A stretch of DNA of 64,000 nucleotides from Ectothiorhodospiraceae bacterium (GCA_020831845.1 JAFIFV010000125.1:714-64713), one strand, 5' to 3'. Counted from the stretch's first letter, positions 25,592 to 35,259 are shown. Made by a program: numbers and translations. Notes: a model not told the origin generated them from the letters alone.

Positions 25592-27487
25592 ATGAGCATA
25601 CCTCGCCTGCCCATCGTTGCTCCACGCCGCCGTCTGTCGGCGTGCTGGCTGTGCCTGCTGCTCATGCTGCTGGCCAGCGCAACGTCCTCCGCCGGTGAAC
25701 GCCTGGATGTTGCCGCCCGTGATTTCCCCCTGGTTCTCGGCCCCCACGCGGAGATCCTGGAAGACCCGGATGGCGGGTTATCCATCAACACTGTGCTGGC
25801 CGGGCTGCAGGCGCAGGACTGGCAGCCCTCCAGGCAGCAGACGCTGAACTTCAGCTTCTCCGATTCCGCCTACTGGCTGCGCTTCGAACTCGGCAATGAA
25901 TCAGACAGGGATGTGACCCGCCTGATGGAGTTGGCGATGCCGCTGCACGACTACCTGGACGTGTACCTTGTGGCGGGAGGCGAGGTCCTGGAAGCGCTGC
26001 GCTCGGGAAACCGGCTGCCGTTCGCATCCCGCCCGATCAATTATCGCAACGTGATCGTACCGATCACGGTCCCGGCCGGAGAACAGCGCCAGCTGTATCT
26101 GCGGCTGGCCACCCACGACGGCCTGTATGACGCTACACCGCTGTACCTTTGGGGCCAGGAGGCGTTCTTCCTGAGAGCCCAGGGAGAACTGCTCTGGTAC
26201 GGTGTGTACTATGGCGCCCTCCTGGCCTTGCTGGCTTACAACCTGTTGTTGTTCATCTCCACCCGTGAGCGCCAGTTCATCTACTACGTGGCCTACCTGA
26301 CGGCATTCTTCGTCTGGAATTTCACCTTCCGTGGCTACGCCTACCAATACTGGTGGCCGGAATGGCCGACATTGAACAGCCAGATGGTCGCCGTGAGCAG
26401 TGCCCTGATCTATGTCACCCTCACCCTGTTCAGCATCGACTTCCTGGATCTGCGGCAGCAGGCACCGCGCCTGCGGCGGATACTCATCGGCCTGACAGCG
26501 CTGATTGCGGCCACACTGCCACTTGCCCTGCTGGGCCATTACGCACTGACATTCCGCCTGCTGATTCCCGCCGGCATTGCCTATCTGCTGTTCATCTATG
26601 CGCTGGCAGCGCTCCTGAGCTGGCGCGGACACGCGCCGGCCCGCATTTACCTGCTGGCCTGGAGTGTGCTGGTCGCCGGCGCCGTGTTGTATTACCTGCG
26701 GGTCCTGAACGTACTGCCATCGAATTTCATTACCGAGAACGCGCTGCAGATAGGTTCCGGACTGGAGTTCGTCCTGCTGGCCTTCGGCCTCGCCTACAAG
26801 CTGAACCGCCAGAAGGCGGAGCGGCTGGATGCGGAGAAGGCGTTCAGCGCCATCCAGACCCAGCTCAGCCAGGAGCTGGAAGATAAGGTGCGCGAACGCA
26901 CCACCGATCTGGAAGCGCTGAACCGCCGGCTGCAGGAGATGGCCGCCACGGATGTGCTGACCGGGCTCGGCAACCGGCGTCATTTCAACGCCCTGTTCAA
27001 CCGCGAATTCGACCGCAGCAGGCGCCAGAACAAGCTGTTCTGCTTCTGCATCATGGACATCGACCGGTTCAAGGAATACAACGACAGCTACGGCCACCAA
27101 GCCGGCGACGAGGTCCTGCGGCGCGTGGCCGGCCTGCTCAGCGATCACCTGCGGCGTGCCGGCGACCATGCCTTCCGGCTCGGGGGCGAGGAGTTCGGCA
27201 TCATGCTGGATGTGGATAGCACGGAGCAGGCCGTGGATCGCATCGAGACGGTCCGCCGCGCAATCGAGCAGCAGCGCATCGAGCAGGAATCGGCGCCGGA
27301 TGGCATCCTGACCGCGTCTTTCGGGCTGGTCTGCTGCACCGATTACAAGGTCATGAGCCGCACCCACGACGTCTACCTGGCGGCCGACAATGCGCTTTAC
27401 CGCGCCAAGGCGCAGGGCCGGAACCAGCTCAGGATCCACGGCCCCGGAGAGCGCCAACCCGAGCCCCCTCCACCCGCACCGAGGTAG
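25592..27487 (+). CDS. 7TMR-DISM sensor diguanylate cyclase
   Basis: Signal peptide, periplasmic DISMED2-like domain, 7 TM helices, GGDEF domain with RAGD I-site and GGEEF. Confidence 0.85.
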   Translation: MSIPRLPIVAPRRRLSACWLCLLLMLLASATSSAGERLDVAARDFPLVLGPHAEILEDPDGGLSINTVLAGLQAQDWQPSRQQTLNFSFSDSAYWLRFELGNESDRDVTRLMELAMPLHDYLDVYLVAGGEVLEALRSGNRLPFASRPINYRNVIVPITVPAGEQRQLYLRLATHDGLYDATPLYLWGQEAFFLRAQGELLWYGVYYGALLALLAYNLLLFISTRERQFIYYVAYLTAFFVWNFTFRGYAYQYWWPEWPTLNSQMVAVSSALIYVTLTLFSIDFLDLRQQAPRLRRILIGLTALIAATLPLALLGHYALTFRLLIPAGIAYLLFIYALAALLSWRGHAPARIYLLAWSVLVAGAVLYYLRVLNVLPSNFITENALQIGSGLEFVLLAFGLAYKLNRQKAERLDAEKAFSAIQTQLSQELEDKVRERTTDLEALNRRLQEMAATDVLTGLGNRRHFNALFNREFDRSRRQNKLFCFCIMDIDRFKEYNDSYGHQAGDEVLRRVAGLLSDHLRRAGDHAFRLGGEEFGIMLDVDSTEQAVDRIETVRRAIEQQRIEQESAPDGILTASFGLVCCTDYKVMSRTHDVYLAADNALYRAKAQGRNQLRIHGPGERQPEPPPPAPR

Positions 27488-27727
27488 CAGCCTCTTCCCC
27501 GTTGCTGTAGGGTGCTTCCCTTCTCGCTGCGAAGCCACATCGCAGGTCGCCGGGCACGGCTGGCAACCAGCTGTACTACCCTTGCAGACAGTATTGCCTG
27601 ACTTTTCCTTGGCCTGCACGGCGCAAACCGACGCCACTGGCATGCAGCCGGCCTGCCGCCGGCAGGCCAGATCTCTGCAGGACGGCATTCCATGCCGAAA
27701 CCCACATCAGCAATCTGGAGTCGCACC

Positions 27728-28951
27728 ATGGACAAGAATCCGGACAAGGGCTACGTCGCTCTCCTCGGTTGGTCCCTGAACGCCGTTGAAGCCGCCGAGG
27801 ACTTCGACAGGCGGTACATCGTGGTGGCACCCGACTGGGCCGAGGACTACTGCAAACAACACGACATACCCTACGTTCCCTGGAATTTCGAACGCCTGAA
27901 CGACCGGTCCATGGAGATTGCACAGACTCTCAAGGACATGGGCGTGGACGTCGCCATTCCGCTGTTCGAGGAAACGGTGGAATGGGCAGGCGCCATCAAC
28001 TCCCTGCTGATGGACAACCCGCGCTTGCTCGGGCAGTCCATGCTGATGCGGGACAAATCGCTGATGAAGCGCCGGGCCCAGCTGGGTGGAATACGGGTGG
28101 GCATCTTCGAGGAAGCCCACGACCGCGAGGATGTGATGCGCTTTCTGCGCCGCGTCAACCAGACCTTGCTGAAGCTGGATGGCGACCTCAACGACCCCAT
28201 TCATTTCAAGGCCTTCGACAAGGCCGGCTGCCTGGGACATCGGGTCATTCGCACGCCGGACGACGTGGACGCCATCCCGGAAGAAGAATTCCCGGCGCTG
28301 ATGGAATCACACCTGGACGGCTGGGAATTCGCTGTCGAAGCCTGGGTGCACAAAGGCAAGATCCGCTTCCTGAACATTTCGGAGTACGTGACACTGGGCT
28401 ATTCGGTGCATGTTCCGGCGTCGCCGGAACTGGAACGCTATCGCCCGCAGATCAGGCAGCAGATCGAAAAACTGATCCGCACCTTCGAGATCGATTTCGG
28501 CTTCGTGCATCCGGAGTACTTCGTCACCAGCGATGACGAAATGTACTTCGGCGAGGTCGCCTACCGTCCACCCGGCTTCAAGGTCTTCGAACTGCTGGAA
28601 CGGGTTTACGGCTTCAATGCCTACCAGGCGCTGATCCTGGTCTTCGACCCCAAGACCAAGGAAGAGGAGGTCGCGGCGTTCTTCCCGAAGGAAATCGAGG
28701 ATGCCAAGTGCTACGCCGGCTGTTTCGGCGTCTATCCGCGCCGGCGCGTGGTCAGCCGACTGGAAATCCCGGAGGAAACCGAGGACCATCCCTACTTCGA
28801 GTCCCATGAGCTGACGCCGCCACTGGAGGAAACCGTGACCAAACGCACGGCCTTCGGGACGCATTGGGGATTACTGTTCTTCAAGGGCGACGATCCGAAG
28901 CAGATGCACGCCCTGCTGAAACGCCAGGAAGAATTGGACTTCTACGTCTAG
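27728..28951 (+). CDS. ATP-grasp superfamily ligase (unassigned subfamily)
   Basis: About 407 aa with a pre-ATP-grasp N-domain. Central LMKRRAQLGGIRV..HFKAFDKAGCLGHRVI and C-terminal HPEYFVT..YFGEVAYRPPG segments are consistent with the ATP-grasp fold. The ORF-track start at 27692 is an alternative. Confidence 0.6.
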   Translation: MDKNPDKGYVALLGWSLNAVEAAEDFDRRYIVVAPDWAEDYCKQHDIPYVPWNFERLNDRSMEIAQTLKDMGVDVAIPLFEETVEWAGAINSLLMDNPRLLGQSMLMRDKSLMKRRAQLGGIRVGIFEEAHDREDVMRFLRRVNQTLLKLDGDLNDPIHFKAFDKAGCLGHRVIRTPDDVDAIPEEEFPALMESHLDGWEFAVEAWVHKGKIRFLNISEYVTLGYSVHVPASPELERYRPQIRQQIEKLIRTFEIDFGFVHPEYFVTSDDEMYFGEVAYRPPGFKVFELLERVYGFNAYQALILVFDPKTKEEEVAAFFPKEIEDAKCYAGCFGVYPRRRVVSRLEIPEETEDHPYFESHELTPPLEETVTKRTAFGTHWGLLFFKGDDPKQMHALLKRQEELDFYV

Positions 28952-29003
28952 CGTTCGTGGAGTCCTGGAGATTGCTGGCAGAATCGTTCGTCGAGGAGTC
29001 GGC

Positions 29004-31040
29004 ATGACAGGCGATACAGACGACAAACCCGCGGCTGCCGGGAAGCTGGAACTGCTATTGGAACGGCTTGACGAAGCCATCTCGGTGCTTGCCAGGGCAC
29101 GCAGCTTCGCGAAACCGGGCAAGATGCAGCGGGTGTTTGAGACGGCGCGTCGCGTGCTGCTGCAGGAGGGCGGCTGCGGCGCGCTGGAGGCAAGAGCGAG
29201 ACACCTTGAGGAGGCCGGCATCTTCGAAGGATCGGACTGGGCCTCGCCGCAGATCCTGATCCCGTCGCTGAGCACGCATTCCCTGCAAAGCCCGGTGGAA
29301 GACACGGTCATGGTGGAGGCGCTGAGCGAACTTCGGCTGCTGGCCGTGGCCCTCGGCGACTATCGCCACCCCCTGATCTCTCAGGAACAGGCGCACCATT
29401 ACCTGACCCAGGTGCTTGCCATCAACCTCACCATGCTGTTCACACCGCCCAGTGAGGCGGAGCGCGAGACGCAGGGACGGCTGGCGCAGGTTTCGAGGCG
29501 CCTGCTGCGGCACCTGGCGGACCGCATCGGGTTCGAACACATCATCGACAAGCTGATCGAGGAGATCTGGCGCGTCCTGCAGCAACGCCCGATCCAGGTG
29601 GACTCGGTGAAGCAGATGGTGACCCAGATCGCCGTCTGCCAGGCCAATCCCAATATCGAGCTCGGCGGCAGCGGCCAGGGCGGGGAGCGGTTGGTCAGCA
29701 GCCTTTACGGCCCCAGCCTGGGATGCCGCGAAGACCCCGGGCTGGAAGTCTACCGGGAACGTCTGCAACGCATGGACCGGGGTGCCCTGCAGGGCGAAGC
29801 CACCGGCTTTGCCCGGGCCATGCACGACACCGGCCTGGTCTCCCCCTACCATCCGGTGCTGCTCCATCACCTGTTGGATCATGGCGATCATCTGCTCGCT
29901 GAGGCGCTGGGCCTTTCGGCCACCGGACGCGACTGCATGCTCTGCTACAACGAACTGGTGCGGGAGTTGGTGCGTACTGCAGTTCTCCCGCCCACAGCGC
30001 AAGCCGTCTACGGCCTTGCATTGATGCTGGAGCGGGGCATCCTCTACCAACCGCCGGTAGCCCCCGCCATATGGCGCCAGATCAACCTGCCACTGTCTGA
30101 ATGGTCACGAGAGCATCTGCTCGCGGCGTACGGCCACGATGCCCCCCCGGAAGCCCGTCTGCTGGAGGGCGTGCTCTGCATGCTGGGACTCCCGCTGGGG
30201 GTCGGCCAGGGAAACAACCCTACCTGCCAGTCGGCACGCGCCCTGTCCATGTGGGCCTACAACGATCCCGACTACCTGCTGCAGATGGTGGCCTGGGCCG
30301 CCCGTGACGACGAAATCGTCATGCATTTCGAGGGTCAGCCCATCTCCTCGCAGGACAGTGTCCTGGGGGTGGCCAAGGAACTGCCGATGGACCTGGACCC
30401 GCTATCGCTGCTGGTGGTCCCCCATCTGGACCGGATCTACGCGGAGATGGGACGCCGTTGCGTTGCTCGCGAAGGCGACCCGCATCGCTGGGTGAATCCG
30501 GAATTCCACGGCTGGTGGGCGGGGCGGGGATTCAGCATCAACGTGGATGTAGAAACCGGACAGCTCGTAGACCTGGATCGGTTCCTTCGACATTTCTACG
30601 CCTGCTACCACCCCTACTACAACGGTAACCAGCCATTGATTCACCCGCAGCCGGCCGGCATCGCCTTCACCGACAGCGCCGCGCGTTTCATCGGCTGGCA
30701 TGCCATCACCATTCTGCGTACAGCGCTGGACCCCCAGGATGTGATGCGGGTGTACTTCTTCAACCCGAATAATGACAGCGCACAGGACTGGGGCGACGGT
30801 GTGGTGGTCAGCACCTCCGGCCGCGGAGAACGCTACGGCGAGGCCTCCCTGCCATTCGAGCAGTTCGCCTCACGGCTCTATATCTATCATTACGACCCGC
30901 TTGAAGGCGGCGAACTGGCCAGCGTCTCCGATGAGGAACTGGAGCGGGTCAAGGCTTACCTCTATCGGAGTTGGGGGGCGGACCGGATTCCTGCAACAGA
31001 TCTACAGGCCAGTCCGGCTAATCCGAACGACAGCCACTGA
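29004..31040 (+). CDS. large hypothetical protein with C-terminal papain-like Cys/His/Asn(Asp) constellation
   Basis: GAGGAG RBS. 678 aa. Q402-x5-C408 (GQGNNPTCQS), H566 (GWHAITI), N588-D591 (FFNPNND). The ~400-aa N-terminal region is helical and unassigned. Confidence 0.55.
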   Translation: MTGDTDDKPAAAGKLELLLERLDEAISVLARARSFAKPGKMQRVFETARRVLLQEGGCGALEARARHLEEAGIFEGSDWASPQILIPSLSTHSLQSPVEDTVMVEALSELRLLAVALGDYRHPLISQEQAHHYLTQVLAINLTMLFTPPSEAERETQGRLAQVSRRLLRHLADRIGFEHIIDKLIEEIWRVLQQRPIQVDSVKQMVTQIAVCQANPNIELGGSGQGGERLVSSLYGPSLGCREDPGLEVYRERLQRMDRGALQGEATGFARAMHDTGLVSPYHPVLLHHLLDHGDHLLAEALGLSATGRDCMLCYNELVRELVRTAVLPPTAQAVYGLALMLERGILYQPPVAPAIWRQINLPLSEWSREHLLAAYGHDAPPEARLLEGVLCMLGLPLGVGQGNNPTCQSARALSMWAYNDPDYLLQMVAWAARDDEIVMHFEGQPISSQDSVLGVAKELPMDLDPLSLLVVPHLDRIYAEMGRRCVAREGDPHRWVNPEFHGWWAGRGFSINVDVETGQLVDLDRFLRHFYACYHPYYNGNQPLIHPQPAGIAFTDSAARFIGWHAITILRTALDPQDVMRVYFFNPNNDSAQDWGDGVVVSTSGRGERYGEASLPFEQFASRLYIYHYDPLEGGELASVSDEELERVKAYLYRSWGADRIPATDLQASPANPNDSH

Positions 31041-31074
31041 TTCCGAGCTATCGCCGCCCGTGAACAGACAGAAG

Positions 31075-31731
31075 TCACCCGGCCTCGGCGGCTCTCGCAC
31101 GCTGGTAGGACGGCAACGCCTGGAACCGGCGCACGTAGTCGCTGATGGCCGGATAGCGGGTGCCGATCTGCAGCCGATCCAGCGCCGCTTCCAGAGGGTA
31201 GCTCATCTGGATATCGGCCGCGGTGATCCGGTCGCCCACCAGCCATTCCCGCTGCCGCAGGCACGTGTCCACGAAATCCATATGGGTACGGGTCTGAGGC
31301 CCGATGAACGCCCTGTCGACGCCATCGGCAATCCTCCGCGCGATAGGACGGACGAAGAATGGCATCGGGCTGGTCCTGACCTTCCCGAAGACCAGTTTCA
31401 ATAGCAGCGGCGGCATCAACGACCCCTCGGCGTAATGCATCCAGTAGGTGTAATCCAGGAACGCAGGGCTGTCGTCCGGAGGAATCATGTGCTCCCGGCC
31501 ATAGCGTCTCGCCAGGTAATCCAGAATGGCGCCGGATTCGGCCAGGGTCAGGTCCCCATCCGTGATGACCGGCGACTTCCCCAGCGGATGGACCTGTTTC
31601 AGGCTCTCGGGTGCCAGCATGGTTTCCGAATTGCGCTGGTAGTGCCTGATTTCGTAGGCCAACCCCAGCTCCTCCAGCATCCAGAGGACTCGACGTGAGC
31701 GGGATTCGTCAAGGTGATGCAGGACGATCAT
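31075..31731 (-). CDS. glutathione S-transferase
   Basis: Start MIVLHHLDESRSRRVLWMLEELG at 31731, with PLGKSPVITDGD..ESGAILDYL. The ORF-track extension to 32133 is non-coding. Confidence 0.85.
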   Translation of the reverse strand: MIVLHHLDESRSRRVLWMLEELGLAYEIRHYQRNSETMLAPESLKQVHPLGKSPVITDGDLTLAESGAILDYLARRYGREHMIPPDDSPAFLDYTYWMHYAEGSLMPPLLLKLVFGKVRTSPMPFFVRPIARRIADGVDRAFIGPQTRTHMDFVDTCLRQREWLVGDRITAADIQMSYPLEAALDRLQIGTRYPAISDYVRRFQALPSYQRARAAEAG

Positions 31732-31857
31732 GGCGTGCTCCTTGTCGTTAAAGCAGTGCCTCCCTAATACCATGCATTGCCTCGTGCCACATCCCCCGTT
31801 AGGGATGTGCGCCCGCTGCGGGCGCCCGTTTGGGTGGCCAGGGAAAGGACTAGAGGA

Positions 31858-32015
31858 TTGGGAAAGCGGCAGGCCAACACTGCGTTGCCCCCGCCCCACG
31901 CGAGACCGGTTTTCGTTCGCGGCCGGGCGCAAACCGACGCAGGTGGTGGATCGGCCCGCGGTGACTTGCGGAAAACCCGCCTGTACCGCGAGTATGGGAA
32001 CGAAACAGTATTTCC
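31858..32015 (-). repeat. degenerate copy of the 9273-type element (approximate bounds)
   Basis: The core at 31901-31963 is about 75% identical by eye to 51176-51239 and to the reverse complement of 9440-9510. No intact TIR pair. Confidence 0.45.
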
Positions 32016-32089
32016 CTGGCCACTGTTCAGGACGCTGCCTTGAATCACGCCTATCATGACAGCCAGGAAAAGAGAAAAGGGAAATCGCC

Positions 32090-33193
32090 TTGATTGGAGA
32101 TCGTTCCGTCATCGTCATCCACGATGAGCGCATGCTGAATCACCAACCCGATGCCAAGGACCCCTATCTGCCCGGAAGACTGGAGCGCCGGGTCCGGGAG
32201 ATACTGAACGGCCTAGCGGTGCAATGGAACTATCCGGAACACCCGGGACGGCTTCGCGCCATACTGGAACTCCTGAAGGCGGAACCGGTCCCGGGCACAG
32301 GGTCCCGTAGCGCCGAAGCAGCCACCCACGAACAACTCGCGCGCGTTCACGGCACCGCCTACCTGCATGAGATCGAGCGCCTCCGCGGCAAGCACGCTTG
32401 GCTGGACGTGGACACCACGGCGGTCTCTCCGGGCAGCGTGGAGGCGGCAGAGGTCGCCGCCGGCGCAGCCATCGCAGCTGTGGAGATCGTGTGCCGGGGC
32501 GAGGCGGACAGCGCCTTCGCACTGTGCCGGCCCCCCGGCCATCACGCCGAACCGGTACGCGCACGCGGCTTCTGCCTGTTCAACAACGCGGCCGTGGCCG
32601 CCGCACATGCCCGGGAGGCGCTGGGCTGCGAACGGGTGCTGATCGTGGACTGGGACGCCCACCACGGCAACGGCACCCAGGATATCTTCTGGGCCTCACC
32701 CGACGTGATGCTGTTCGACACCCACCGCGCCGCACCCTTCTATCCGGGCTCCGGCCATCTGGAGGACGTGGGCGCGGGCCTTGGCGAAGGCACGATTGTC
32801 AACGTGCCCCTGCCAGGCGGCGCGGGCGATGCCGCCATGCTGAACGCCTTCCGGAACATCCTCGTACCCGCCGCGGAATGGTTCAAGCCGGATCTCATTC
32901 TGGTTTCAGCCGGCTTCGACGCGCACCGCCTCGATCTCTGTCTGAATGTCAGCTATGAGGGGTTCGGTGCGATGACAGCCGTGGTGCAGGAGCTCGCCGA
33001 CCGGCTTTGCCAAGGGCGTCTGGCGCTGGTCCTGGAAGGGGGCTATCACCTGGAAGCACTGGCCCGCGGGGTGCGTTCGGTCCTGCAGGTGCTCGCCGGC
33101 GGGGAAGCCCCGGCCCCTTCCGAGATCGGCATTCAGGAAGTAGCGGAGGCCGCCGAGTATCATCGGACGGCATTCACCGGGGACTTCGATTGA
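32090..33193 (+). CDS. histone deacetylase-family (acetylpolyamine/acetoin-utilisation type) hydrolase
   Basis: RPPGHHA, DWDAHHGNGTQ and EGGY motifs. TTG start. Confidence 0.85.
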   Translation: MIGDRSVIVIHDERMLNHQPDAKDPYLPGRLERRVREILNGLAVQWNYPEHPGRLRAILELLKAEPVPGTGSRSAEAATHEQLARVHGTAYLHEIERLRGKHAWLDVDTTAVSPGSVEAAEVAAGAAIAAVEIVCRGEADSAFALCRPPGHHAEPVRARGFCLFNNAAVAAAHAREALGCERVLIVDWDAHHGNGTQDIFWASPDVMLFDTHRAAPFYPGSGHLEDVGAGLGEGTIVNVPLPGGAGDAAMLNAFRNILVPAAEWFKPDLILVSAGFDAHRLDLCLNVSYEGFGAMTAVVQELADRLCQGRLALVLEGGYHLEALARGVRSVLQVLAGGEAPAPSEIGIQEVAEAAEYHRTAFTGDFD

Positions 33194-33215
33194 CAAGTGT
33201 TCCCTCTGGCGTCAC

Positions 33216-34940
33216 TTAGGCGTTGAGGGGGCGAGCCAGGTGGATCCGGTTTCGGCCCCCGGCCTTGGCGGTGTAAAGTGCCTCATCAGCAGCCTGCAGT
33301 GCGTCGTCCGCCAGGCCGTAATCCAGCAACGAAGCCAGACCGGCGCTGAGCGTGACCGAGAAATCCTCCGTGGTTCCGGTGAACGGTAACGCCTGCAGCC
33401 GACGCCGCACATCATCGAAGATCTCTTCCGCCTTGTCGACATCGCAGTCCGGCAATACGGCCACGAACTCCTCGCCGCCATAACGCCCCAGGACATCAGT
33501 GCGCCGCAGGCGATGCCGAAGCAGATTGGCCAATGCCTTGATGACGCGATCACCCACGGCGTGGCCATACGAATCGTTGATTCGCTTGAAACGGTCAATG
33601 TCCAGCATGGCGACAGTCGCCGGACGGCCGGTCCGCTGCGCGCGCTGGAATTCCACTGCAAGCGCTTCCTTGATGCGGGCATGCGTCAATAGGCCGGTCA
33701 GGCTGTCCCTCGCGATCAGTTCGCTCAGCTTGCGCGCACGGCGGCAGCGTGCGAGCACGGCGGCAACCAGATGACGGTCGGCAATGGGTTTGGTGATGAA
33801 GTCATCCCCACCCTGCCCCAACGCGTTGATCTGTTCATCAATGTCAGTCTCTGCCGACAGAAATACGATCGGCAGACCGGCCCACTCGTCCTGCATGCGG
33901 ATCATGCGTGCGAGATCAACGCCGAAAAACTCCGGCATGTGCATGTCCATCAGCACCAGCTCCGGCCGGCTGCCGTGGACCGCCTCCAGCAGCCCACGCG
34001 GCCTTGTTACCAGCGTCGCGGTCATGCCTGCCGCCTGCAGCGTAAGCCGGTAGTGCTCCCCCAACTCCTGATCGTCGTCCACGATCAGCACTCGGTAGGG
34101 CTCCGCACTGCTGGCATCCAGCAGCGACTCCACCCGGTCGGCCAGCTTCGCGGCGTCTACCGGCTTCAGGTAGTAGCCCTCACCGCCAGCCCTGGCGACC
34201 GCGTGCCGAGTGTCGAAACTGTCGTGGGAACCAATGAAGATGGTCGGCGGCACCATAGGGCCGCTGCGTTGCCACTGTTTCAGGAAGCGCGTCGCGGGCT
34301 CGCCCTGATCCTCGAATTCGGCGTTGATGACCAGCACGTCGGGAGATGTCCGATCCAGGAGCTGACGCAGATCGGCAGCGTCGCCCGCCAGGGAAGTCCG
34401 ATAACCGAACTGATCCAGCGCCCCTTGCAGCTCACGGCCGGCGGCGGCTTCCGCTTCGGCCACAAGAATATGGGCTGTGGCTGGCGCACGCTCGCGCGCG
34501 GCGCCAGCGCGCGCTTCTGTAACGATCGACCCGGAAACCGTCCGGGCGAGATGGTTGGCAAGAAGCAGCACGCGATCGGGAAAATCGTTATCCAAGGCCT
34601 GGTGTGGGGGCCGGGCATCGGAAATGGTTTGATCCAGTTGCTGTTCCAGCAGACGGGCCTGATCGGACAAGGCGGGGTAGCCGAATGTGCCCGCGGTCCC
34701 GACCATCCTGTGGAGCCCCAGCCGAAGCGACGCCAGGCGTGCCTCGGCCGTGCGCTTGTCACGGCTCTCCATCAGTTGCCCGGCCAGCGAGGCCAGATCA
34801 GCGATCTCCCGCCCCAGCCGCTCCCGATAGCGCTCCCGCAAGAGCTCCAGTTGCGTCTGGAAACGATCATCCTCCGGCGTGTCGGCCACAGGTGGTCTCC
34901 CAGATACACCGCACCTCCTGTGCCAGCGACATCGGATCAA
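33216..34940 (-). CDS. Hpt - pseudo-receiver - receiver - GGDEF diguanylate cyclase
   Basis: Hpt His in LHRMVGTAGTFG. The first REC has Asn at the acceptor position (LVINAEF) and the second is canonical (LVLMDMHMP). RRTD I-site and GGEEF present. Start uncertain (TTG 34940 or GTG 34889). Confidence 0.8.
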   Translation of the reverse strand: MIRCRWHRRCGVSGRPPVADTPEDDRFQTQLELLRERYRERLGREIADLASLAGQLMESRDKRTAEARLASLRLGLHRMVGTAGTFGYPALSDQARLLEQQLDQTISDARPPHQALDNDFPDRVLLLANHLARTVSGSIVTEARAGAARERAPATAHILVAEAEAAAGRELQGALDQFGYRTSLAGDAADLRQLLDRTSPDVLVINAEFEDQGEPATRFLKQWQRSGPMVPPTIFIGSHDSFDTRHAVARAGGEGYYLKPVDAAKLADRVESLLDASSAEPYRVLIVDDDQELGEHYRLTLQAAGMTATLVTRPRGLLEAVHGSRPELVLMDMHMPEFFGVDLARMIRMQDEWAGLPIVFLSAETDIDEQINALGQGGDDFITKPIADRHLVAAVLARCRRARKLSELIARDSLTGLLTHARIKEALAVEFQRAQRTGRPATVAMLDIDRFKRINDSYGHAVGDRVIKALANLLRHRLRRTDVLGRYGGEEFVAVLPDCDVDKAEEIFDDVRRRLQALPFTGTTEDFSVTLSAGLASLLDYGLADDALQAADEALYTAKAGGRNRIHLARPLNA

Positions 34941-35259
34941 ATGGTTTCCTGATAACCCCCGCGGCGCCGAGCGCCCGATACCTCTCGACTTCCTCGCACT
35001 GGGCCTTGGCAGTCATGAATATCGCCGGGACATCCTGCAGCGCCGACTGCTTGCGAAGTTCAAGCAGGGTTTCCGGGCCATCCATGCCGGGCATCATCAC
35101 GTCCAGCAGCAGCTGTGGCCGGAAGCCCGCGGCTTGGCCCAGTGCCTGGAGCTCGGAGCTGCAAAGGTGAACCCGATAACCGCCAACGACCTCCAGGGCG
35201 AGCTGTGCCACCGCCTGGATATCCGTATCATCCTCCACGTACAGTATACGCTCCAGCAT
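34867..35259 (-). CDS. single-domain CheY-like response regulator
   Basis: ILYVEDD..LLLDVMMPGMDG..FMTAK. Confidence 0.85.
   Translation of the reverse strand: MLERILYVEDDTDIQAVAQLALEVVGGYRVHLCSSELQALGQAAGFRPQLLLDVMMPGMDGPETLLELRKQSALQDVPAIFMTAKAQCEEVERYRALGAAGVIRKPFDPMSLAQEVRCIWETTCGRHAGG

Noticed and set aside
31732-32089. Possible cobalamin riboswitch in the 358-bp GST/HDAC intergenic region (GGGAAAGCGG..TTGCCCCCGCC.. and GCCACTG strings).
   Set aside because: The strings only loosely resemble the B12-element core. I could not find a convincing B12 box or the expected GGTG..AATCC pairing. Neither flanking gene is a typical B12-regulated gene. The central part of the region matches the repeat family found at 9273, 51147 and 52287 instead. 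An Infernal scan with RF00174 would settle it.
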